This document shows, in pieces, positions 34,576 through 43,594 of a stretch of DNA of 43,953 nucleotides. Location of the stretch: UHGV virus genome UHGV-0199997. One strand, given 5' to 3'. Position 1 is the first letter of the stretch; the number at the start of each line of letters is the position of its first letter. The DNA comes from a virus. The notes below the pieces were generated by a model, which did not search any database, was not told the DNA's origin, and was given only the letters and a program-made list of their open reading frames with translations. The translations under genes were made by a program, and so were the position numbers.

Positions 34576-34602
34576 GCCCCGCTTTATGGCGGGGCTTTAC
34601 TT
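34576..34602 (+). terminator. hairpin terminator between the copy 2 leader and the spanin gene
   Basis: GCCCCGC-TTTATG-GCGGGGC followed by TTTACTT, about 20 nt upstream of the spanin RBS. Confidence 0.45.
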
Positions 34603-34619
34603 ATCGAGAAAGGAGAAAC

Positions 34620-35006
34620 ATGAATCTTAAAGCAACTGTCGTAGCGGGAGCATGTTTCATCATCCTGGCTTACGCACACGGCATCCACCAGTATCGCAGC
34701 GGCTGGCACGAAGGCCGGGCGAATCTCGTTTCGCAGCAACAGCAGAAAGCACAAGCTGAGTTAGCGAAGAAAACACAACGGCAGCAGCAGGATGAATCAA
34801 AGGCCGCAGCCGCTGACAACGAAGGCAAGACGAAATCAGAGGTGATTACCCGTGAAGTCGTTAAGTACATTAAAACGCCTGGCCGCAGCGTGTGCACTTT
34901 TGACCCTGAGCGCGTGCAGCTCAAGTCCCGCGCCGTCGCAAACGCAAATTCCATCCCCGGATATGACGATGATGCAGCCTCCGTGCAAACTGGCGCCGCC
35001 AAGTAG
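34620..35006 (+). CDS. i-spanin (Rz-like)
   Basis: N-terminal TM helix followed by a Q/A/K-rich coiled-coil periplasmic domain; contains an embedded +1-frame lipoprotein gene. Confidence 0.7.
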   Translation: MNLKATVVAGACFIILAYAHGIHQYRSGWHEGRANLVSQQQQKAQAELAKKTQRQQQDESKAAAADNEGKTKSEVITREVVKYIKTPGRSVCTFDPERVQLKSRAVANANSIPGYDDDAASVQTGAAK

Positions 35007-35115
35007 CGACGCTGACGAGGATTTGGCTATCGACGTTCAGAACGCCGAATGTGTACGGCAACTGAGACTGAAAGTGTTCATGTTGCAGGATTACGTGAGG
35101 AATATTCTGGAATAG
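34852..35115 (+). CDS. o-spanin (Rz1-like lipoprotein)
   Basis: Signal peptide with lipobox LSAC, Pro-rich mature region; overlaps and extends past the i-spanin gene. Confidence 0.7.
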   Translation: MKSLSTLKRLAAACALLTLSACSSSPAPSQTQIPSPDMTMMQPPCKLAPPSSDADEDLAIDVQNAECVRQLRLKVFMLQDYVRNILE

Positions 35116-35197
35116 TTGCCTTGCATGTTGGAATAATTTATTCTTGACATGTAAATCCGGGTGGCCCGGGTTCCAACGTCCAGGGGACATACTGACT

Positions 35198-35899
35198 ATG
35201 AATCGTTTTTTACGTTATCCGTTCCAGGAAGAAGCTGGGGCAGAAGATAAAGCTGGTGGCGGTGACGCGCCGAAAATGTTCACCGCTGAAGAAGTTCAGG
35301 CGCTGATTGAGAAAGAAGTCGCCGGGCTTAAGGCCAATCAGGAAGCGTTGCTGGCGGAGAAGAAAGAAGCCGCTCGCAAAGCAAAAGAGGCCGAAGAAGA
35401 ACGGCAGCGCGCACACCAGGAGGCGTTAAAAGCCGCTGGTAAGATGGACGAGTTCGAAAAAACGATTCGTAGCCAGTATGACCCGGTGCTAGCCGAGAAA
35501 GATGGCCGCATCTCCAGAATGGCAGAGCGCATCCTCGGCAGCGAACGTAAAGCGGTGTTAGGCTCTTTCGCAGGTGACTTCATCACCCCGGAAGCAGTGG
35601 ACATCCTTGCACCGTTCGTTAAGACTGAGTTCGAAGGTGATGATGTGGTTACTAAGTTTGTCGGTGCAGATGGCAACGTAATCACGACTGACCCGGAACA
35701 GTTCCGCAAATATCTGCGCGAACACAAAGCGTTTTCGCATTTGATTAAAGCAAATGCAGCTTCCGGCGGCGGGGCTTCCGGTGGCAAAGGCGGCGGGGCC
35801 GCACCAGCGTTTAAAGACATGAGTGAAGCGGAGCGTTTAGCTCTGTATAAATCGAACCCTGCCGAATTTGAACGGCAACTTAAAGCCCTGAGGAAATAA
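35198..35899 (+). CDS. scaffolding protein
   Basis: Charged alpha-helical, coiled-coil-like protein directly upstream of the major capsid gene; ATG 35198 within track ORF 35144-35899. Confidence 0.55.
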   Translation: MNRFLRYPFQEEAGAEDKAGGGDAPKMFTAEEVQALIEKEVAGLKANQEALLAEKKEAARKAKEAEEERQRAHQEALKAAGKMDEFEKTIRSQYDPVLAEKDGRISRMAERILGSERKAVLGSFAGDFITPEAVDILAPFVKTEFEGDDVVTKFVGADGNVITTDPEQFRKYLREHKAFSHLIKANAASGGGASGGKGGGAAPAFKDMSEAERLALYKSNPAEFERQLKALRK

Positions 35900-35901
35900 T
35901 A

Positions 35902-36951
35902 ATGGCAATTACCACTATCGGCGATATCGTAACTAGCAACATCCCGGTCTTGGCGTCTTATATGACCGAGGACCCGGTAGAGAAAACCGCGTTCTTCCAG
36001 TCCGGTATTCTGACCCCGACTCCGTACGCCGCAGAGATTGCTCGTGGCCCTTCCAACGTCGCCAACATTCCTTTCTGGAAAGCGATTGATGCCTCTATCG
36101 AGCCTAACTATTCGAACGACGTGTATCAGGACATCGCTACCCCGCGTAACGTGCAGACCGGTGAGATGATGGCCCGCGTTGCGTACCTGAACGAAGGTTT
36201 CGGCCAGGCGGACCTGACTGTCGAACTGACCAGTCAGAATCCGCTGCAATCCGTGGCTTCTCGTCTGGATAACTTCTGGCAGCGCCAGGCACAACGCCGT
36301 CTGATTGCTACCGCGCTGGGTCTGTACAACGACAACGTAGCCGCTACTGATGCTTACCACGAGAAGGATGACATGGTTATCGACGTGTCCGCTACTCTGG
36401 GCTTCGACGCGGGTGCATTCATCGACGCTACCCAGACTATGGGCGACGCTCTGATGGGCAACGGTGGTGAAGTGCTGGGCGCCATTGCTATGCACAGCTT
36501 CGTTTATGCGCAGGCGCGTAAGCAGCAGCTTATTGACTTCATCAAAGACGCCGACAACGACACCCTGTTTGCCACCTACCAGGGCTACCGCGTGATTGTT
36601 GACGACAGCATGACCGTGGTCGGCACTGGTCCAAGCCGTAAGTTCATCTCCATCATCTTCGGCAACGGCGCTATCGGTTATGGCGAAGGCAACCCGTCCA
36701 ACCCGCTGGAATATGAGCGCGAAGCGTCTCGCGGTAACGGCGGTGGCATTGAAACCCTGTGGACCCGTAAGACCTGGCTGTTGCACCCGCTGGGTTACAG
36801 CTTCACCAGCGCAGTAATCACTGGCAACGGCACCGAGACTACCCCGCGCTCTGCTTCATGGCAGGACCTGGCGAACGCCTCCAACTGGAACCGTGTTGTT
36901 GACCGTAAGCACGTACCGATTGCCTTCCTGGTAACTGGTGTCGGTGCTTAA
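35902..36951 (+). CDS. major capsid protein
   Basis: 349-aa protein after the scaffold; codon usage typical of highly expressed genes; followed by a strong terminator. Confidence 0.8.
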   Translation: MAITTIGDIVTSNIPVLASYMTEDPVEKTAFFQSGILTPTPYAAEIARGPSNVANIPFWKAIDASIEPNYSNDVYQDIATPRNVQTGEMMARVAYLNEGFGQADLTVELTSQNPLQSVASRLDNFWQRQAQRRLIATALGLYNDNVAATDAYHEKDDMVIDVSATLGFDAGAFIDATQTMGDALMGNGGEVLGAIAMHSFVYAQARKQQLIDFIKDADNDTLFATYQGYRVIVDDSMTVVGTGPSRKFISIIFGNGAIGYGEGNPSNPLEYEREASRGNGGGIETLWTRKTWLLHPLGYSFTSAVITGNGTETTPRSASWQDLANASNWNRVVDRKHVPIAFLVTGVGA

Positions 36952-36966
36952 GGTTAAGCTATAATC

Positions 36967-36995
36967 GAGAGGGACTTCGGTCCCTCTTTTCATTT
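36967..36995 (+). terminator. rho-independent terminator after the capsid gene
   Basis: AGAGGGAC-TTCG-GTCCCTCT followed by TTTCATTT. Confidence 0.7.
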
Positions 36996-37010
36996 ACTAA
37001 GAGGTAAATT

Positions 37011-37310
37011 ATGGCTAAGACCGGAAAAGGCTTGCCGCGCAGCCTTCAGAATGTTGACTTCGGCGACTTTGATATCCCAGTCACGCCTGCTACTACCAGC
37101 GTAGTTGGTGGCGTTAAAAAGTCAGCTACTGTAGCCGCACCAGCCGCCATTACCGCTGGTGAAGGGGCACAGTCTGCGGATGCCCCGACTAAGATCGAGT
37201 TCGACGCCCTTGTAGCGGAGTACAACAAACTCCGAACTGATGTTACCGCGCTGCGCACTACCGTAGCAAATCTATTGACTGCGCTTAAAAACGCAGGAAC
37301 TGTAAGCTAA
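37011..37310 (+). CDS. hypothetical structural protein (99 aa)
   Basis: RBS AAGAGG before the ATG; Ala/Thr-rich with a C-terminal helical segment. Confidence 0.5.
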   Translation: MAKTGKGLPRSLQNVDFGDFDIPVTPATTSVVGGVKKSATVAAPAAITAGEGAQSADAPTKIEFDALVAEYNKLRTDVTALRTTVANLLTALKNAGTVS

Positions 37311-37322
37311 AGGAGCTTAAAA

Positions 37323-37673
37323 ATGGTTGATGTAATCAAACGTCGTATTACCGGTGTTTCTGATGATTCTCCTGCCGATGGTCAGGTTGAAATCGATATG
37401 GCGAATATCTCGCCAGCGTCTTTTTCTACCGCACTCTCGGCTACTACCGCAGTTACAGCAGGGCAGACAATGACTCTGACCGTAGCGGTAACTGGCGGTC
37501 TGGAGCCGTATTCCTACCAGTGGTATAAGAACAACAACGCCATCGACGGAGCTACCGCAGCTACCTATGCTAAAGCGTCGACCACTACCGCCGATTCCGG
37601 TACGTATAAAGTGGTTGTTCACGATGTATATGGTAATATTATCTCCGGCAGCACTGTAGCAACTGTGTCTTAA
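37323..37673 (+). CDS. Ig-like domain protein (putative decoration protein)
   Basis: Ig-like segment TLTVAVTGGLEPYSYQWYKNNNAIDGATAATY...GTYKVVVHD, similar to the domain in 33233-33694. Confidence 0.5.
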   Translation: MVDVIKRRITGVSDDSPADGQVEIDMANISPASFSTALSATTAVTAGQTMTLTVAVTGGLEPYSYQWYKNNNAIDGATAATYAKASTTTADSGTYKVVVHDVYGNIISGSTVATVS

Positions 37674-37709
37674 TACAACGGCCCTTCGGGGCCGTAATAA
37701 GGAAAGGTC

Positions 37710-37889
37710 ATGGCTGATAATTACGTAATCCGCGAAAAGTATACCCACGTTGATGTTGTTGATGGGCAGGTGATGCCGGTTCGCGGTGTTGTAGAAGCGG
37801 ATGAACTGGTTGCAACGCAACCGGACAACGAAGAAGCGCACAACAACGGCGGTGGTACTAAGCGTCGTCGCCGTAAGTCAGAGGAATAA
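37710..37889 (+). CDS. small protein (59 aa), not in the ORF track
   Basis: RBS AAGGAAAGG before the ATG; basic C-terminus (KRRRRKSEE); preceded by a GC hairpin at 37678-37695. Confidence 0.4.
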   Translation: MADNYVIREKYTHVDVVDGQVMPVRGVVEADELVATQPDNEEAHNNGGGTKRRRRKSEE

Positions 37890-37892
37890 TCT

Positions 37893-38405
37893 ATGCCGCT
37901 AATCGTGGAAACTGGGGCAATCGTCCCGAATGCCGACAGTTACATTAGTCTGGCTGACGCCCGCGCGTTAGCGGCTAATTATGGCCTGGAGCTGCCGGAA
38001 GACGATACCGCAGCAGAGGTGGCCTTGCGCAACGGTGCTACTTATGTCGGGCTTGCAGAGCCGCAGATGTGTGGTCGTCGGGTGTCAGCGGAACAGTCTC
38101 TGGCGTATCCACGCACCGGCGTTGCGTTAAACGGGTTCCCTGTAGCAAACAATGTTATCCCTAAGCAGGTAATTCTTGCGCAGGTAATCGCCGCCGTTAC
38201 ATATGGCGCAGGTACTGAGGTACGAGCTAACTCAGATGGGCGCGCGGTACAGACCGAGCGCGTAGAGGGCGCAGTAACCGTGACGTACTTCAACAACGGC
38301 AACAGTGGAGCTACAACCGCTATTACCGCCGCGGACGACGCCTTACGCCCGTTACTGTGTGGTGGTCTTAACAATGGCTTCTCGTTTAACGTGTACCGGG
38401 GTTAA
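37893..38405 (+). CDS. putative head-tail connector / head completion protein
   Basis: 170-aa ORF in the connector region between capsid and tail genes; assigned by synteny. Confidence 0.45.
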   Translation: MPLIVETGAIVPNADSYISLADARALAANYGLELPEDDTAAEVALRNGATYVGLAEPQMCGRRVSAEQSLAYPRTGVALNGFPVANNVIPKQVILAQVIAAVTYGAGTEVRANSDGRAVQTERVEGAVTVTYFNNGNSGATTAITAADDALRPLLCGGLNNGFSFNVYRG

Positions 38406-38407
38406 AA

Positions 38408-39022
38408 ATGGCGAAGACTAAAACAGAGATGTTTACCCTTATCGGTGCAAATCTTCCCGATAACACTACCGGTCTTATCACCCCAGCCGCATTGCGCGAG
38501 GTAATGACGCAGATGGCCGACTCGCCTATTTACGCCACTCCTGGGGTGAAAGAGGTCGAAGTTCTCCGTGCCGCGTCGACCGTAACACAAGCGCCTACCG
38601 CGGTAGATACGGCGTTGCAGTTAACTTTTGGTTCCGCTCAGGGTAGCGCATCTGACCCGGTAATGATTAATGCCGCCGGGCTGGTTACATTCAACACCGC
38701 GGGTAACTACGCCGTTCGCATCAAGTTACAAGCTGGGCGCACTGGGGCAAGCGGCACGTCTATCCTGTTATCGCGTATTCTTCTGAACGGCGCTCAGTAC
38801 GGCTCGCCAGCAGCTACTAAACTGGTAAACGCTGATATTACAATCCCGATTGAGTCTCGCGTCGTTATTAACCCGACCGCAGGTCAGACGTTTGCCGTTC
38901 AGATTATGCGGGACAGCGCCGGGAGTGACTTCGGCGGAGTATACCCACAAGCAGCTACTGTAACCTCATGGGGTACTGCGCCATCTGCGCTACTGGTTAT
39001 TTCGAGACTGGAGGCCGCCTGA
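38408..39022 (+). CDS. hypothetical structural protein
   Basis: 204-aa ORF, tightly packed in the structural operon. Confidence 0.45.
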   Translation: MAKTKTEMFTLIGANLPDNTTGLITPAALREVMTQMADSPIYATPGVKEVEVLRAASTVTQAPTAVDTALQLTFGSAQGSASDPVMINAAGLVTFNTAGNYAVRIKLQAGRTGASGTSILLSRILLNGAQYGSPAATKLVNADITIPIESRVVINPTAGQTFAVQIMRDSAGSDFGGVYPQAATVTSWGTAPSALLVISRLEAA

Positions 39023-39381
39023 TGAGCACCGCTTTCAGTAAACGTATGCAAGGCGTTGGCACGCGCCTGCTAACTAAATTCGGTAGCACGGTATCTCTGG
39101 TTCGTGCTGGCTCGAAAGTGTGGGATGAAGTTCTCGGTGAATACGTCTGGTCCGCGGATGAAGTGCTGCCGTTAAAGGCCGTTCCGGTTCCTGTTAACGC
39201 GGGGCTGGTAAATGGTACGACGATTCAGGCGGGCGACATGATTGTTAAAGCCGATTGCAGTGTCGTTCCTAAGATGGAGGACAAGGTGCAATTCGGTGGC
39301 GAGCAATGGTCTGTCGTAGCTATTGAGAAGAAGATGGTTAACGATGATGTCGTGGCATATTTTATTCAGGTGAGAAAATGA
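39022..39381 (+). CDS. putative head-tail joining protein
   Basis: ATG 39022 sharing one base with the upstream TGA; synteny. Confidence 0.45.
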   Translation: MSTAFSKRMQGVGTRLLTKFGSTVSLVRAGSKVWDEVLGEYVWSADEVLPLKAVPVPVNAGLVNGTTIQAGDMIVKADCSVVPKMEDKVQFGGEQWSVVAIEKKMVNDDVVAYFIQVRK

Positions 39382-39776
39382 GTTTCGCGCTTGATGTCTC
39401 TAAGTTCGTGGAAAAGGCGAAGAAGAACCCAGAGAAGGTGATGCGTCAGGTGTCTATCAAGCTGTTTTCCGCTATTATAAAGGCGAGTCCGGTAGATACG
39501 GGTCGCTTTCGTATGAACTGGATGGCGTCTGGCGGCATTCCTGCTTCGGGGATTACAGATGCTACGGATAAATCAGGAAACATAGCAATCGGAAACGCTA
39601 CAGGTTTCGTACTGAAAGCCACAGACTGGCACGAGTTCACGCTGACAAATAACCTACCGTATGCCCAACGGCTGGAGTATGGCCATTGGTCGAAACAGGC
39701 CCCACAAGGCATGGTCAGGATAAATGTGTCCCGCTTCCAGCAACTCATTAACGAAGAAGCCAACAAGGTGAAATGA
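39378..39776 (+). CDS. HK97 gp10-like head-tail joining / tail completion protein
   Basis: PVDTGRFRMNW matches the characteristic DTG(R/N)LRNSW-type motif of the HK97 gp10 family. Confidence 0.6.
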   Translation: MSFALDVSKFVEKAKKNPEKVMRQVSIKLFSAIIKASPVDTGRFRMNWMASGGIPASGITDATDKSGNIAIGNATGFVLKATDWHEFTLTNNLPYAQRLEYGHWSKQAPQGMVRINVSRFQQLINEEANKVK

Positions 39777-40189
39777 TGGGCTACTTTGAGGACTTAACCA
39801 AAGCGTTCGATGTGCCACTGGTAGCCTTCGGAACCACCAACGGCATCAAGGTCGCGCTTGAAAATATCGACGCGCCAACGTCAACCAATACCCCGTATCT
39901 GGCAAGTTACATGTTGCTGGCGGATACGGAACAGGCGGATTTGTTCTTCACGGAACAACGCGCCGGTGTTTATCAGGTAGACATTAACTACGCATCGGTG
40001 AAAGGTAGCGCGCCAATCAATAAAATGGCAGACTTACTTAACACGGCGTTTAAAGCAGGTAAGTCATTTTCGCGTAACGACATCTGCGCCGAGGTTCAAT
40101 CGGTTAGCCTGGGGCCGCTAATTGTAGAAAACGGATGGGCCAAACGACCATTGTCAATTAACTTTATTGCATTCACCAAGAGGCTGTGA
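39773..40189 (+). CDS. putative tail terminator / tail completion protein
   Basis: 138-aa ORF between the gp10-like and major tail genes; synteny. Confidence 0.45.
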   Translation: MMGYFEDLTKAFDVPLVAFGTTNGIKVALENIDAPTSTNTPYLASYMLLADTEQADLFFTEQRAGVYQVDINYASVKGSAPINKMADLLNTAFKAGKSFSRNDICAEVQSVSLGPLIVENGWAKRPLSINFIAFTKRL

Positions 40190-41358
40190 ATATGGCTACA
40201 ACTCCTTTTAAGGGCGCGACTACCGCGCAATTCTATGTGGCAGAAGTCACCCCGGGCGTAACACCGACTAACCCGGTATGGTCGCCGTTGCGTAACACAG
40301 GTGGCGTCCCCGCTATTACCCGCGACACGCTGACCTCCAACGAGCTGGACGGCAGCCGTGAAACTACGTCCATCCGCACCGGTAACAAGCAGATTAGCGG
40401 GGAATACGCTATTGAGCTTAGCTCGAAAAGCCAGGACGACTGGCTGGCGGGGGCTTTAGGCTCTACGTGGCAATCCGGTAGATCTCTGACAGGGCTATCA
40501 ATTACCGTCGCACCGGCGGGCAAGACGTTCACACGCGCCACTGGCAGCTTCATCACTGACGGCGTTGAAGTTGGCGACCTGATCGCGTTTACCGACTTAA
40601 CAGGCGATAACGCAAAACCATTTATTGTTACTGCAGTAACGGCTACGGTTGTTACTGGTGCAGGTATCCAACACACCCTGACCACCGAGACAAAAACCAG
40701 TAAGGCTAAAACTGGCGACACGCTGGAAACCGGCAACACGTGTAAGACGTTCTCTATCCTCACCTGGTACAAAGGCCAGTGCGGCGGTACTGACGCGTAC
40801 ACGTTAACCAAAGGCGTGGAAGTTTCTGGTTTTACCATCGAACAGGCTGTTAACGCAATGGTAACGGGCAGCTTCCCGTTCATCGGGCGCAGCCAGGAGA
40901 TTCTCGCGACGCCGCCGTCTGGTTCCGACTTCTCTTCCGTTACGTTTGGTGACGAGCCGTTCTCTTCGGTTGACGTTTCTGTGTTCGATGGGTCTACGCC
41001 GTTGCGTTGCGACAGCCTGACCATCACCAACGATAACAGCGCGTCTGCGCAGTTCGAACTCGGCAACACTAACGTAGCGTTTGTGGAACGTAGCCGCGCG
41101 GCTAACACCTTCTCCATCTCCGGTAAGCTGTACGACATGGCGATGATTCAGAAGTTTATCAACGAACAGCAGGTAGAGATTAACTCTATTCTGGCTGGGG
41201 TAAACGGGGCTATGTCCTTTAGTCTGAAACGTGCAGAACTTACAGCGGTTACACCAGAGATTGGCGGGCCTGAGTCAATCACTCAGTCTATTGAAGGCCA
41301 GGCTACGGGCAACCAGTACCAGTCGTCTATTGTTATCCAGCGTATCACCTACGCATAA
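40186..41358 (+). CDS. major tail protein
   Basis: 390-aa protein, last structural gene before the chaperone and tape measure (through the circular junction); followed by a very strong terminator. Confidence 0.6.
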   Translation: MNMATTPFKGATTAQFYVAEVTPGVTPTNPVWSPLRNTGGVPAITRDTLTSNELDGSRETTSIRTGNKQISGEYAIELSSKSQDDWLAGALGSTWQSGRSLTGLSITVAPAGKTFTRATGSFITDGVEVGDLIAFTDLTGDNAKPFIVTAVTATVVTGAGIQHTLTTETKTSKAKTGDTLETGNTCKTFSILTWYKGQCGGTDAYTLTKGVEVSGFTIEQAVNAMVTGSFPFIGRSQEILATPPSGSDFSSVTFGDEPFSSVDVSVFDGSTPLRCDSLTITNDNSASAQFELGNTNVAFVERSRAANTFSISGKLYDMAMIQKFINEQQVEINSILAGVNGAMSFSLKRAELTAVTPEIGGPESITQSIEGQATGNQYQSSIVIQRITYA

Positions 41359-41362
41359 AACT

Positions 41363-41388
41363 AAGGCCCCTTTCGGGGCCTTTTTCTT
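41363..41388. terminator. bidirectional rho-independent terminator
   Basis: AAGGCCCC-TTTC-GGGGCCTT followed by TTTTTCTT; U tracts on both strands; shared with the convergent minus-strand cassette. Confidence 0.75.
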
Positions 41389-41941
41389 ACAAACCTAATT
41401 TTAAAGCAATGTCTATAACGTTCGATTTAACGTCACCTGGTATGATGTAGGTGTCGTAATCTTTTACACCGCTAACATCATACAGATAACCACGGCTGTC
41501 CCCCTCAAACGTATAGCCGTCGCGATGGAGGCGAACGATTCGCACGTCATGACCCGCGGCGACGATAGGGGCTACTTCGCTGGCGAACCCGCCGTCGGAC
41601 ACTACAAAAACTTCGTCGCCGTCTGGCAAGTTTTCAGCAAGATACTTACCGAAATAATCACTACCAAGTACCGGTTTAATGAATTGCTCAGATATAGCAA
41701 TCATGAACTGACGCCGCGACAAGCCATTAAGGAAGCCTTCTGACTTTTCTTTCCGTGCCCGGTCGTCGTAGCCGTCGATAAACTCGTGGTAAGCATCCGG
41801 GCCTAATGCCGCCAGAGCGATATTGAACATTGGATTCTTGAAACTGGTGATTCCCTTCGCAAAGCCCATTTCTACCAGCGCCATAGCAAGTGTGTCTTTC
41901 CCGCAACCCGCCGGGCCATTAAGAATAATTACCTTAGCCAT
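41387..41941 (-). CDS. P-loop nucleotide/polynucleotide kinase (dNMP kinase / Pnk kinase-like)
   Basis: Walker A ILNGPAGCGKDT; the C-terminal pattern resembles T4 dNMP kinase; its start overlaps the stop of the HAD phosphatase gene. Confidence 0.6.
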   Translation of the reverse strand: MAKVIILNGPAGCGKDTLAMALVEMGFAKGITSFKNPMFNIALAALGPDAYHEFIDGYDDRARKEKSEGFLNGLSRRQFMIAISEQFIKPVLGSDYFGKYLAENLPDGDEVFVVSDGGFASEVAPIVAAGHDVRIVRLHRDGYTFEGDSRGYLYDVSGVKDYDTYIIPGDVKSNVIDIALKLGL

Positions 41942-42429
41942 TATTTATCGCTCCCGTGTGGTTTTAAGTGTGTAGAGTTCCCGTTACAGTCGTATTCAGT
42001 AACCGCGTGAGTGGTTATACCGAGTCCGCGGAAATGCTTTATTACCGCGGGAGAGTCGTCGAATGCGCACAAGATTCTTTCCAGCCCGATAGCACGTAAC
42101 ACCTCTTCTTTAATTACGATGTCTTTTCTGTTGTCGTGTTTGCTGCGCATTATCAGCGTGTCAAACTTAACGTTATTTTCTCGCAACCATTTACGAGTCC
42201 CATCCTCAGCGTCGTCGCTTCGACCGGTAAGGATGATTACGGTCATCCCGGTATGCCACAGCGTGTTGCACAAGTGAATGTTGTCATATATCGGCGCATC
42301 ATCTTTGCACGCCATGTTAAATGGCCTCCAAGCCCATGTTTCGCCGTAGTTATCTTTCGGCAGCAGGTGCAAACGATGTGTACCATCTGCTAATGTCCCG
42401 TCTAAATCGAAAATTACAATATCTTTCAT
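41941..42429 (-). CDS. HAD-family phosphatase resembling the T4 polynucleotide kinase 3'-phosphatase domain
   Basis: HAD motif I FDLDGTL, motif II ILTGR, and the segments DNRKDIVIKEEV and FDDSPAVIKHF align with recalled T4 Pnk phosphatase-domain motifs. Confidence 0.7.
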   Translation of the reverse strand: MKDIVIFDLDGTLADGTHRLHLLPKDNYGETWAWRPFNMACKDDAPIYDNIHLCNTLWHTGMTVIILTGRSDDAEDGTRKWLRENNVKFDTLIMRSKHDNRKDIVIKEEVLRAIGLERILCAFDDSPAVIKHFRGLGITTHAVTEYDCNGNSTHLKPHGSDK

Positions 42430-43556
42430 CCCAGCATCTCCGGTGAAATAGTTAAACGCGCAACCTCGCCATATTCGGCGCTATATGTAATTACGTTTGC
42501 ACTGCGGCCTGACATCCATCCGCCGCGAGAGGCGTAGGCGTCTTTAGCCGCCAGGGTGCGGTGTTGCTCGACAATCATGTTACGACTTTCTACAATCTTC
42601 TGGTGGTGCAGGTGGCCCACGTGAGCGTAGCTGTAAACACTCTCGCCGAACGCTTTACGGAACTTGGCAATCATAACAGGTTCGATAGCGTCGAATCGCG
42701 CCTTATGGCCGTGATGAAAGAACAGAGTCGTTTTGCCGTGTCGCACCATCTTGTAAACATCCGGCGACGTATCGACGAACACACGCGGCTCGTTGTCGTA
42801 CAGCGTGCTAAACATCTCAGCCAACCAAATCATTCCGCTTTCGTCGTGGTTCCCTTGCACGATAAGCAAGCGAACATTTTTATGCTTAACAAGGGCCATA
42901 TCAACAACACGGCGGACCATACGAATCATGTAGCGGACAAGTTTCTGATAACGGGTGTCAGCATCAAGAACATTACCACTCGCCGGTGTAACGGCAACCA
43001 GACTATCGAAGTGCGCAAGGTCCCCAAGCAGGTTAATAACCCCTGTTCCCGCATCCGGTGCTTTCTGAAACGCGGCATCGAACCAGCGGGAGAACAGGTC
43101 TTCTGCAATCTTCATATCCCAGTCGTCGCCGCTTTCATCGGCCCAGGCCAGCATACCGAGATGGAAATCAGATACCGTGTAAAGATTGAGTAGTTTATCG
43201 TCGCGTTTAGCCCGAACGGCTTTAACAGGAGCAACGGGGGTAATCTCCGACTTCATCCCTTCGATTACGGCTTTCATCAACTCTACCTGACGTTCGGCAT
43301 CGGTGTCGGTCTTAACCCATTGCAGCTTAGTGTTGCCGAACTCGTCCACCAGTGACGACGTGCCTTTAATCTTGTAGCCGTCTGGTACAAGATGACTGAC
43401 GTCGCGGCCGTGCCCTACGCCTTTCTTAGCCAGCTTCGCTTTACGGATACGAATAACGCGATCTGAGATGCCATATTTACGGGCTATATCGATATTCCTC
43501 AATCCGGCGTTCAATTCTTCCTGTAACTGTTCGTCGGTTATTTTCTTCCGGGCCAT
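42426..43556 (-). CDS. HTH domain fused to a calcineurin-like metallophosphoesterase
   Basis: N-terminal HTH (NIDIARKYGISDRVIRIRKAKL); phosphoesterase motifs DFHLG, GDLAHFD, GNHDE, HHGH, GHLHH. Confidence 0.65.
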   Translation of the reverse strand: MARKKITDEQLQEELNAGLRNIDIARKYGISDRVIRIRKAKLAKKGVGHGRDVSHLVPDGYKIKGTSSLVDEFGNTKLQWVKTDTDAERQVELMKAVIEGMKSEITPVAPVKAVRAKRDDKLLNLYTVSDFHLGMLAWADESGDDWDMKIAEDLFSRWFDAAFQKAPDAGTGVINLLGDLAHFDSLVAVTPASGNVLDADTRYQKLVRYMIRMVRRVVDMALVKHKNVRLLIVQGNHDESGMIWLAEMFSTLYDNEPRVFVDTSPDVYKMVRHGKTTLFFHHGHKARFDAIEPVMIAKFRKAFGESVYSYAHVGHLHHQKIVESRNMIVEQHRTLAAKDAYASRGGWMSGRSANVITYSAEYGEVARLTISPEMLG

Positions 43557-43594
43557 GCTTACGTCCTCGTGTTTAGGATTTGTCCTATACTAGC

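Noticed and set aside
35140-35170. TTGACA hexamer followed by a CCGGGTGGCCCGG hairpin upstream of the scaffold gene, considered as a promoter.
   Set aside because: No acceptable -10 hexamer at 16-18 bp spacing; the palindrome may be a structural or binding site but evidence is insufficient.
35338-36786. 482-aa minus-strand ORF.
   Set aside because: Antisense to the scaffold and major capsid genes, which have strong coding signal; Ser/Ala/Arg-rich shadow ORF.
40233-41138. 301-aa minus-strand ORF.
   Set aside because: Antisense to the major tail protein gene; no start context.
42561-43193. 210-aa plus-strand ORF.
   Set aside because: Antisense to the HTH-metallophosphoesterase gene, which has clear catalytic motifs.
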